A DNA stretch of 63,999 nt, the filler included, from Barthelona sp. PAP020 (taxonomy: Eukaryota), in assembly GCA_040182905.1 (NCBI GenBank). It is 8 parts of 8 records of this genome, joined end to end, with 100 filler letters (N's around TTAATTAATTAA, not from the genome) between each part and the next. Parts side by side here need not be neighbours in the genome. Positions count along the whole stretch, not along the records: positions 49,288 to 57,237 come from JARQWU010000469.1; positions 57,338 to 63,999 come from JARQWU010000539.1; 6 more parts are not named here. The stretch is one strand, 5' to 3'. The translations under genes were made by a program, and so were the position numbers. This document shows positions 55,201 to 63,999 of the stretch, one piece after another. Below the pieces are notes generated by a model, which saw only the letters and a program-made list of their open reading frames with translations, had not been told where the DNA came from and did not search any database. Within the stretch, counting starts at the first letter, position 1, and each line of letters opens with the position of its first letter.

Positions 55201-57237
55201 GATTTCAAAATAATTTGATGTACTTCTGACAAAGAAAGATCAAAAACAGCTCTCAAAATTTGATGACGATCACAAAGTGTTTGCCATATTTTTTTAATGA
55301 TTTCCACGGTCCATTTTCCTTCAAGCTTATAAATTTCTTGTTCAAAATAAGCAGCTTTATCTTCAGCACGTAAAACAGTGAACATGAGTGCTTTTTGCAA
55401 AGGAGTCAAACCCAAAATTGTTTCCACATTGGCATTTTGGATGGAAGCTATTTCTTTTGATGACAAAGTGCAACCAGGATAGTCAGAAGATGTTTTCAAC
55501 AGTTTCTTGATTGGCAAGACTTCCAACAATGCAAAAGCAGTTTCTTTCACTAATTCTTGACGAGTTATCCCAAATGATCTGTCAATAGACACATTGAAAC
55601 GAATTTCAGTTTCAGTGAGCTCAAAATCAAATGAAGCAGGAGCTAAAGAACTATTTTGAGCACTCCAATAATCGGAAAAAGAAACATTAGCAAAATTTCT
55701 ATATTTAGGAGATGATGAGGATTCACCAAGATAATTGATAATGAAGAAATTCCTGTATTTAGCCAAATCTTTCGCAAACATATGATGGGTGAAATCCAAC
55801 CCCAAACGAGGAGTGGATTTAATGTGTTCACGAATATGACGAAGACCAGCGTAATTAATTTCAAAATCTAAAATCATAGGAATAAATGAAGTAAACCATC
55901 CGATAGTTTCAGTAACATCAACTGGAACATCCGAACTTCTACCATGAGATTCCAACAATAAAGGCACTTTATCAATCATGAACAATTCTTCAATAACTTT
56001 CTTGATTGCACCAACAATTGTTGAATAAGCATCTCCATTGTTAGGTAAGAAAGTTCTTGATAAAACAAAGTCAAAGGTCTCAGGTGTTGTGAGAGAAAAC
56101 GTTTCAGGAATGAATTGTTGAATTTTTTCGAAGAATTCTAAATTCTCTTGGTTTGAACTGACACATTGATTGTATTCAGTTCCATTGTTGACAAAAGAAC
56201 CAATTTGTTCACCAGAAAGTAATGAATCAAGATCATTCAACAAAACGTTCCAAGAAACATTATCAATAACAAGATGATGAACATATAATGTAACAACATT
56301 AACTGCATATTCAACAGCTATCATCGATTCAAAAAGAAGATCTTGAACAGAAGGTATTTTGTCAATGAAAGGATTTTGACCAAAAATCAAATCTCCATCA
56401 ACATATTTCAAACGCAAATTAGCATGACAATCTACCAGTTGTTTTAAAGCTTCAGCAAGAACTGTTAATTCGCCATCATACAAAAAAGTGACTGTTTGAC
56501 AAAAAGCAGCAGGATTACTCATATTCATTGAAAAGAACCACTTTTGAATGGGTGAAATTTGTTGTTGGCCACTATATTCAGTAACAATTGTCTTTGTTTC
56601 GATGACTTCCCTCTTACTCAACAAGTTTGCCATATCTTTTAAACGAGGACACAAAACAATGTCTCGGACGCTTAAAGAATAACCGTTTCTTCGCAAACGA
56701 GCAACAAGTTGAATGGATAGGATAGAATCTCCTCCAATAGAAAAGAAATTGTCATTCAAAAAGACTGAACGATTAAGCAAATTAGATACGATTTCAACAA
56801 GTAAATGTTCGGCTTTAGTTTCTGCTTTGATTGTTTCTCTTTCTTTTTTCTCAATAATTGGTGAAGGTAAAACTTTGCGGTCAACTTTTCCTGCAGGTGT
56901 TAATTTGAAAGATTCAACTTTCACAAAATAAGATGGAATCATATAGGAAGGCAAGAACGATGCAAGTTTACTTGATAATTCTTCAAATTCTTCAAAATTA
57001 CATATTAAATATGCGACTAATTGTGGTTCTTCAACAATTGTACGAACAACAACAATGGCTGATTGAATACCATCAATGCGATTTAATTGGGATTCAATTT
57101 CACCCAACTCGATTCTGTTGCCTCTGATCTTGACCTGTTGGTCGACACGACCGACGTAGACGAGGTTGCCATCACGGGTCCAGTGCACGAGGTCACCGGT
57201 CTTGTACATGCGTTCTGATCCTGGGAAGGGACATGGG
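49288..57237 (-). CDS. Multimodular non-ribosomal peptide synthetase, truncated at both ends: A(part)-T-E-C-A-T-C-A-T-C(part)
   Basis: YKTGD/QVKIRG; T GGDS (Ser 56724-6); [51 protein letters not shown] (52692-4); [24 protein letters not shown] (49554-6); C start [12 protein letters not shown]. No introns. Confidence 0.97.
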
Positions 57238-57337
57238 NNNNNNNNNNNNNNNNNNNNNNNNNNNNNNNNNNNNNNNNNNNNTTAATTAATTAANNNNNNN
57301 NNNNNNNNNNNNNNNNNNNNNNNNNNNNNNNNNNNNN
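57238..57337. other. Artificial contig spacer
   Basis: N44-TTAATTAATTAA-N44. Confidence 0.99.
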
Positions 57338-57630
57338 GCCCTGTTTTTGTCTCTTCTTTAAGATGGCCTGGTGCATGTCATATTTCTTTTGAAAGAACAT
57401 TCTTCAATTGTTATATTGGTAATGGTTTACCATATTCTCCAGTTGGTGTTGTTCCAAGTTTACCAAAATTCAACATGGAATATGATTATCTCAACAAAGG
57501 CTTAAAATTGTATGATGAAGAAGAAGATCCATGTGATGTTGTGAAACCTGAAGACAGAAATATGGACGAAGAAAAGAATGATCACGATGATAATGATGAA
57601 GAGGAGAATGATGAAGATGAAGATGATTAG
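57338..57630 (+). CDS. Radial spoke head protein RSPH4/6, C-terminal fragment (not in the ORF track)
   Basis: Frame from 57340 reads PVFVSSLRWPGACHISFERTFFNCYIGNGLPYSP...EEEDP...acidic tail, matching SNLWPGAY...FENFYIGWG.KYSP...E..DP plus acidic tail. Confidence 0.82.
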
Positions 57631-57917
57631 TTCTAGCTGGTAATTTTGTAACAATTAAATAAACATTTTGTGTGTAATTTATTTTTTCCACTTTATTTTA
57701 GTCATTTCTTGCAAAGAATCAGGAAAATCAAAATGATTAAATCACCACCAAAACCAATTTGAAAAATTTACGGCGCTTCGGATCCAATTCTCCTTTTAAA
57801 TGTAAATAGATCTTTTAAAAAGCAAAAAAAATAAAACTAAAAATTTACTGATTAAACTCCAAGACTAAATAAACGTAATTGATATACACATTGAAAATTC
57901 AACAGAACACTTCATTC

Positions 57918-58841
57918 TCAACATTGAGATCTAAAAGGTAGATTTGAATTATAATTTGAATTTGCAAAATTTGAACCATTATTTGGGATGGTTTGTGGAT
58001 AATGATTCATTCTTTGAGAAGGATTAAAATGAGGTTCCTCAAATGAAGGTGGGTTATAGACATTTGCAGGAATATGCACTTGAGGCATTGTATTGTCAAC
58101 ATATGTATTTTTTTTGGAAATGTGGCTTTCATAATTTCCCAATTTTTGAGAAGGATTGACAGTAGTTTGACTGTATTTTTGATATTGATTGGTGCTGCGT
58201 TGATTGTTATGAAGATTGTGTTGTAGTTGATTCAGTGCATATGGATAGTTAACAGGTTGAGGTTGACAACCAACTGGATACTGAATAACTTGATATGGAT
58301 TCGGATGTTTTTTTTCAACTTGCATGGGATCCATTACGTTTTCAGATTTAGATAAGGTTTTAAGAAAATCTCTTCCCGATGTATAAACAAAAAAGCAAAA
58401 AATCATTGCAAAACTCGGAATGAAAAATCGATAAACTTCTTCATCAAATTCATATCCACCTAATGCATCGCAGAAATGAATTGAAATCGATACAAATAAA
58501 ATTGCAGAAAATTTTCTTTTCAAACTTTGAAATTTGAAAAACAATATATTGAAAACAACTACCCAACTACATACACATCTAAAAATCTCAGCAATAACAC
58601 AAACTAAATAATAACTGGTTTTTATTGTGCCGAAAGAAGTAACACAAAAAAAAGTACATAATAGGGCACAAATAATAGAAAATCTTTTCATACTTTTGTA
58701 TAACCTACTTAATTGATTTGATGAATCAAAAATATTTTTCGTGCTTTTGTTTTCATTGGTACGATATTGAATATTTGGATCAAAATGATACTGCCTCAAA
58801 ACATTTTGTCCGTAATTTGTATTGCTTGGATCAAAATTCAT
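57918..58841 (-). CDS. Hypothetical membrane protein, about 4 TM, with a Q/N/P/Y-rich tail
   Basis: 307-aa ORF, hydrophobic aa 54-153, low-complexity C-terminus. Confidence 0.7.
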   Translation of the reverse strand: MNFDPSNTNYGQNVLRQYHFDPNIQYRTNENKSTKNIFDSSNQLSRLYKSMKRFSIICALLCTFFCVTSFGTIKTSYYLVCVIAEIFRCVCSWVVVFNILFFKFQSLKRKFSAILFVSISIHFCDALGGYEFDEEVYRFFIPSFAMIFCFFVYTSGRDFLKTLSKSENVMDPMQVEKKHPNPYQVIQYPVGCQPQPVNYPYALNQLQHNLHNNQRSTNQYQKYSQTTVNPSQKLGNYESHISKKNTYVDNTMPQVHIPANVYNPPSFEEPHFNPSQRMNHYPQTIPNNGSNFANSNYNSNLPFRSQC

Positions 58842-58995
58842 TTTTCACTGATGTTAACAAAAAAAAAAATTGTTGGGTGTAAAAAAAAAATGAGTGGAAG
58901 ACTGTGTATTTTTAGAATCTTTCATTAGCAATCTTTAAACAATTGTTTCTACATGTTTCAATGTTAAAAATAAACTAAATATTGACAGTATTCAT

Positions 58996-60189
58996 TTATT
59001 CTGCAGATTCAACGATTAAATAAGATTCTTGTGTTTCTTCTTTTGAAAAAATGCATGCAACACAAGAAATAAACGATAAACATCCTAATCCAGCTAATAA
59101 TGGTAAGGGTTCTACATTAAACAAATGAGAAGGTAACAAGAAACCAATTGCATATCCTGAACTCTGACCCAATTTAAAACTGGCAAATCCCAATGCAGGA
59201 CAATCTGGATTTCTGGAAACGATGGCTGCTGGAATTTGTGTATTAATTAAAGAATCACCAAAACCATAAGCAAACAGAGCTATTCCACAAATCCATAATT
59301 TTGATGTAGAAATCAAGTTCTTTGGTTCTTTTTGATAAGAAATCAATGCAAAGATTTCAAAAAATATGACAAAGGTCCATCCTTGAGACAATAATTTGAA
59401 TCTTCCCAGTTTATCTCCTCTTTTACCTAACAATTGAGCAGAAAAAATAGTTGAACATGACAATACAAGTGCCATTGGGGATACCCATTCCTTTGTCAAG
59501 AAAATATTGTATGTGGCAGTGTAAAAAGCTGCATACAAGCCAGAAACAAAAGAGGATATCATTAACGAAGTCATATTCTTAGAAAATGCTGTCTTTAGAG
59601 TATCAGTAATAGTAATTACCTCGGGTCTTCTCACCTTTTCTTCATCAGTAGGAGCAATAATCCAAAGTAAAACAATTATTAAAACTCCTGAATAACCAAC
59701 TAATGAAAGAATGAAAAAGAACAAGGTATCATCAATTTCTAATATTTTTATTAACAGAGTCCCGATACCTTGCCCAACAGGTCCATTGAATGAAAATAAT
59801 GTCCAAAATAGAGAATTTAAATCAGATTGTTCATTAGCCTCACCACATGTCGCAATATAACTACCTTGGGCTGTCCAAAAAATGGAAGATCCAAAACCAA
59901 TCAAACCGCAAACAACAAAAATTACATTATCATTTTTAGTCAATATAACTAAAGATAAAGAAGCGTAAAGAAAAGTTGAAACCCCCAAAGACAAATTAAT
60001 TCCGATTTTCATTATAATTTTTGGTGTTATAAATCCACTCAAAGCAAAAACTATATATAAACATGTTAAATGATAAAATCCATTGTTTGTAACTGAAGTC
60101 AAATAACCTTGTGTTGTTTGAAATCCAGAAAATACTAAAAGGGCACCAAATCCCAATAATCGAACAGCATATCTACCTTTTAATGGCAT
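58996..60189 (-). CDS. UNC-93-like MFS membrane protein
   Basis: About 12 TM; LVFSGFQTTQ and GFGSSIFWTAQGSYI are UNC-93 motifs. Confidence 0.85.
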   Translation of the reverse strand: MPLKGRYAVRLLGFGALLVFSGFQTTQGYLTSVTNNGFYHLTCLYIVFALSGFITPKIIMKIGINLSLGVSTFLYASLSLVILTKNDNVIFVVCGLIGFGSSIFWTAQGSYIATCGEANEQSDLNSLFWTLFSFNGPVGQGIGTLLIKILEIDDTLFFFILSLVGYSGVLIIVLLWIIAPTDEEKVRRPEVITITDTLKTAFSKNMTSLMISSFVSGLYAAFYTATYNIFLTKEWVSPMALVLSCSTIFSAQLLGKRGDKLGRFKLLSQGWTFVIFFEIFALISYQKEPKNLISTSKLWICGIALFAYGFGDSLINTQIPAAIVSRNPDCPALGFASFKLGQSSGYAIGFLLPSHLFNVEPLPLLAGLGCLSFISCVACIFSKEETQESYLIVESAE

Positions 60190-60251
60190 TTAAAATTTTT
60201 AAATTCTTGTATAAAGCTGAATCAATGAAATTGTTCTTTTTTTTTAATTTT

Positions 60252-61280
60252 ATGATTGACTCTGAAAGAATAATTATCACATTGCCATACAAGGCTAATA
60301 CTGCAATCAGTGTTGATAATTTCACATATACATCTGGATCTGCAAATATGATTCAAAAATATGATTGGGTATCAGGTGATGAAACACACACTTTTGAAGG
60401 ACATTTAGGACCTGTCACACAAATGGTGGTTAAAGATAACTTGCTATATAGTGGTAGTTGGGATAAACGAATTCGAGTTTGGGACCTTTTGGAAGAAAAA
60501 TGTATCAAACTTTTCAAGGGTCACATAGATTTTGTTACTTGCTTATCATTTGACAAGGTTGATACTGATGTTTTGTATTCAGGTGGAGCTGATAAAGAAT
60601 TGAGATGCTGGAATTTGCCAAATGGTGATGTTAAATGGATTAATCATGATCATGGAAGACAAGTAAATGCCATTTTATCTTGTGAAGAAGGTTTTATCAT
60701 CACTGCTGGTTCCGATAATCACCTAAGAACCATTCGATCTGATAATGGAAATCAAATCAAAGGAAATAGATGTCATGAAACCGTAATTTGGTGTTTAGAT
60801 CGTTGGAAAGATTTTATTTGGTCTGGTTCAGGAGATAAAGATGTCCGTTGTTGGAGATTAGAGGATCTTTTAGACACAACCTTTGAAGATCCTCGATTTG
60901 TCTATGAATTCAGATTTGATCAACCTGTACGTTCATTAAAAGTTTCAGAATCTGAGAAATATTTAGTTCTTGGATTAGAAGATGGTACTTGTGTTGTATA
61001 TGATTTGACCAAAGATGATCCTGTTGAAATTAATCGTTTTAGACATCATAGAGACGTGATCACAAATATCGAAATATTTGAAGACATTGGGAAATTCTTA
61101 ACCAGTTCCCTTGATTGGTCAATACAGAAACACAATTTATTAAGAACGGTAAAGGACGATGATTATGAGTCAGATCGCTCTGTTGATCTTTCAGATCTTG
61201 AAGATTATGATCCTGAAATTGAGGCTATACAACAAGAGAGGTTGAGAGCAATGTTAATGCATGATTTAAAAATGAACTAA
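60252..61280 (+). CDS. WD40 repeat protein
   Basis: GH...SGSWDKRIRVWD, GHIDFV...SGGADKELRCWN, SGSGDKDVRCW; likely ATG at 60252 (the ORF-track start overlaps the UNC-93 gene). Confidence 0.88.
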   Translation: MIDSERIIITLPYKANTAISVDNFTYTSGSANMIQKYDWVSGDETHTFEGHLGPVTQMVVKDNLLYSGSWDKRIRVWDLLEEKCIKLFKGHIDFVTCLSFDKVDTDVLYSGGADKELRCWNLPNGDVKWINHDHGRQVNAILSCEEGFIITAGSDNHLRTIRSDNGNQIKGNRCHETVIWCLDRWKDFIWSGSGDKDVRCWRLEDLLDTTFEDPRFVYEFRFDQPVRSLKVSESEKYLVLGLEDGTCVVYDLTKDDPVEINRFRHHRDVITNIEIFEDIGKFLTSSLDWSIQKHNLLRTVKDDDYESDRSVDLSDLEDYDPEIEAIQQERLRAMLMHDLKMN

Positions 61281-61426
61281 AAAATAAATTTGTTGCTGTG
61301 GTTATTTTTGTTTTTCTTCAAGTTTTTGTTGTTTAAGAATGAATTGGGTCAAATATTTAGTTGATTGAAAACCAATTCTTGGTTGGACTTTATGAGAAAT
61401 ATTTAATTTATTTTTATATTGTTTAA

Positions 61427-62678
61427 ATGTTCACTTCAAACACTGGAATTAATACAAAACAATTTGTTGAAGATATTTGTAGAATTACTAAAAATTTTTC
61501 AAACGTTGGATTTTCCTTTTATGGTACATCTTTTCTAACATGATTAGATTAAAAAAACACCATTTAACAATTTTCATAGAGCTTTAGGTGGAGAAATGGT
61601 TGATTTTTGTGGTTGGGATATGCCAGTCAAATATAATAATACAATCACTGAAGCAGTAAAGCATTGTCGTGAGAACGCATCACTTTTTGATGTCTCTCAT
61701 ATGGGACAATTGCGTTTTGATGGTCCTGATCGTGAGAAATTCATTGAGGCAGTGACTGTTGCTGATGTAAAAAGTACCAATTATGGTAGAACAAAATTAT
61801 CTGTTCTTTTGACTGAAAACGGTACAATTATTGACGATTTGATGGTTACACGTCATCCTGATCATATTTGGATGGTTGTCAATGCAGCCACAAAAGACGG
61901 TGATTTAAGACATTTCCGTTCAAAGATTGAAGAACTTGGAATGGATGTTTCTGTCGAAGATCTTTCTGAAGAACGTTCTCTTTTGGCTTTACAAGGTCCC
62001 AAAGCTGCTGAAGTTCTTCAAAGACATGTTGAGGTTGATCTCAATAGAATTCCTTTCATGTCTCAAATGGCAATGTTATTAGACGGAATTCCTGTCAAAG
62101 TTTCTCGTTGTGGTTATACTGGTGAAGATGGATTTGAAATTTCCATTCCCACAAGTTTTTCAAACGACATTGCTCTCAAATTAGTTTGTGAACCTGAAGT
62201 TAAACCAACTGGTTTAGGTGCCAGAGATGCTTTGAGATTAGAGGCAGGTTTATGTTTGTATGGAAATGATATGGATACTACCACAACACCTGTTGAAGCT
62301 TCTTTAATGTGGTTAATTTCAAAGAAGAGACGTGCTGAAGGAGGATTCCCTGGTCATCAAAGAATCATGGAACAACTCAATAGAGGACCCAAAAGAAGAA
62401 GAGTTGGATTTTTGGTTGAAAAAGGTGCCCCTGCAAGAGATCATTCATTGGTTTATGACAGTACTGGTGAGAAAATCATAGGAGAAGTTACTTCTGGTAG
62501 TTTTTCACCTATTCTTGGTAAACCTTGTGGAATGGTATCTATTGATAATGAACATTCTAAAATTGGCACCGATATTTTGATTGAAGTACGTGGAAAGAAA
62601 CAAAAAGCTAAAATTGCCAAAATGCCTTTTGTTCCAAATGGTTTTTATCGTATTCCCGATGAATTGTTGTTGAAATGA
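61427..62678 (+). CDS. gcvT: Glycine cleavage system T protein (aminomethyltransferase), two exons (61427-61504, 61548-62678)
   Basis: MVDFCGWDMPV.Y, LFDVSHMGQ, GYTGEDGFEI, GLGARDALRLEAGLCLYG; splicing adds MFTSNTGINTKQFVEDICRITKNFSN before IKKTP. Confidence 0.95.
61505..61547 (+). other. Spliceosomal intron, 43 nt
   Basis: GTTGGA...TCTAACATGATTAG; restores the frame to the conserved KKTP. The donor is weaker than in the other three introns. Confidence 0.7.
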
Positions 62679-62761
62679 TAATATTATACCATAATAAATG
62701 TATGTTTTTTAATAAGAATTTTTTTTTCAAATTTTTTTTTAAAACAATCATTAGTGATGTT

Positions 62762-63562
62762 ATGAGTTCTATCAATGGGAAAATTCGGGAAATTTTGTCG
62801 TTTGTACAACAAATTGATTTGTTAATTGATAATTGCAGACTTCATTTTATTAAAGTGAATCAATGTTTTGATAGACTTCTTTTGTTAGAAAATCCAAACA
62901 ATCTCGGTCTAGTTAACTATGTGAAAGGCTTTGATCGTGCTTTAACATTGAAATATTGTGAAGTAATTGATGAAGCTGATTTTTTTATTTCAAAACTATC
63001 ATCACGGCTTGATTTTAATTACAAAAAGATAGTTTTTTTGAATAATATATTTAATAATGGAATAGATATTAATTCTAAAGTTGGTTTTATACTGCCTGTT
63101 GAAATACAGGAAAAATTATTAGATATTCCCAATATCATTAATCATGAGTTGGAAAATTTTATTCAGTTCATAAATATGATCGATTTGAAGATAAAACAAG
63201 ATGAAAATATTCAAAGAATTGTTGTTTTAAACAAAGAAAGATATGATTTATTTTCATTTTATGAAAATTTATTGAATTCCTTTCCCAAACCACAGAGCCC
63301 AAGAAAAAGTCCAAAGAAAAGCCCTAAAAAGGAAAAAGTTTTTTCTTCCACTGAAGTTCATAAAAATAGTCCAAAAAACTCCATTCTTCCTGAAAAAGAG
63401 AAAAAGAAAAAAGATTCACCAGGTAGTTTGAATGATTTCACTAAAAGGACACAAAAAATAAAGAAGAATACAAATATGACGAAAGGTAACAATTCGAATT
63501 TCAATTCTGCGTCTCCTTCAAAATTAGAAAAAGGAGGTTCTGTTTTTTCAAGAAAATCGTAA
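62762..63562 (+). CDS. Hypothetical protein with a basic SPxK-repeat tail
   Basis: ATG at 62762; helical N-terminus; SPRKSPKKSPKK and other S-P-x-K sites. Confidence 0.65.
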   Translation: MSSINGKIREILSFVQQIDLLIDNCRLHFIKVNQCFDRLLLLENPNNLGLVNYVKGFDRALTLKYCEVIDEADFFISKLSSRLDFNYKKIVFLNNIFNNGIDINSKVGFILPVEIQEKLLDIPNIINHELENFIQFINMIDLKIKQDENIQRIVVLNKERYDLFSFYENLLNSFPKPQSPRKSPKKSPKKEKVFSSTEVHKNSPKNSILPEKEKKKKDSPGSLNDFTKRTQKIKKNTNMTKGNNSNFNSASPSKLEKGGSVFSRKS

Positions 63563-63898
63563 GAATATAAATATAATGTTGCTATTTATTTTATTTTTAA
63601 TTGAAGAATTGAGGTCAATACACCCATAATGGTTTTTTGCAAAAGTTTTCAGAGACTCAGTTGAAATGTTGTTTAAATCATCTAAATTACAAAGTTGAAG
63701 TGAGTACACAGACAAAATTGATAAAATGACAAAAGACCTCAAGAAAATAAGTTTTTTGAATATACTGAAGCAAAAATTGACACACAAGAATTAGACTCTT
63801 AATATATATACTTCATATAAATATTTATAAAAATAAGATGAAAAGAAACAAATGTAAAAAACAAAACCCAAACTTATTCTATTTTTATATTCCACAAT

Positions 63899-63999
63899 AT
63901 GGATGCTGACTCATTAGGTGTGTGTAAGCAATTCATTACTACATCTATTATTAATAATTTTGGATTATTGGAAGTTCCAAATGTTGAAGATATTAGGGA
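63899..63999 (+). CDS. Possible 5' end of a gene running out of the window
   Basis: MDADSLGVCKQFITTSIINNFGLLEVPNVEDIR is open to the window end. Confidence 0.3.
   Translation, partial: MDADSLGVCKQFITTSIINNFGLLEVPNVEDIR

Noticed and set aside
48656..57630. MOK kinase, NRPS and radial spoke gene as a cluster
   Set aside because: They are on three separate contigs; adjacency comes from length-sorted concatenation.
1..63999. Alternative genetic code, tRNA, rRNA or snRNA genes
   Set aside because: TAA, TAG and TGA all end conserved genes at expected positions; no RNA gene was recognisable by eye, though a covariance-model search is needed to exclude them.

Overview
This window is not one locus. 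It is eight unrelated contigs of about 8 kb (1-8235, 8336-16476, 16577-24692, 24793-32879, 32980-41064, 41165-49187, 49288-57237, 57338-end), sorted by decreasing length and joined by artificial N44-TTAATTAATTAA-N44 spacers, so gene neighbourhoods are meaningful only within a contig. The DNA is AT-rich, gene-dense and intron-poor, from a eukaryote using the standard code. I could reconstruct four 37-44 nt spliceosomal introns, all near the 5' end of their genes. Gene content points to a flagellated protist (SPEF1, MOK/LF4, RSPH4/6, WDPCP/Fritz, CEP70) that retains SPO11. It probably has a mitochondrion or mitochondrion-related organelle (glycine cleavage T protein and [2Fe-2S] ferredoxin with presequence-like N-termini). 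It also carries a bacterial-type Fe-S L-serine dehydratase, so an anaerobic or microaerophilic lifestyle is an inference. Most notable: (1) a multimodular, bacterial-style NRPS with an epimerisation domain that fills a whole contig and has an abrupt in-frame GC-rich segment; (2) an expanded ankyrin family with a constant N-terminus, homogenised 99-nt repeats that vary at binding-surface positions, alternative C-termini and a dispersed tail remnant; (3) an endonuclease V with an N-terminal membrane anchor; (4) two degenerate membrane adenylyl-cyclase-like paralogues that bracket SPO11. All family assignments come from motif recognition by eye; no database search was run.
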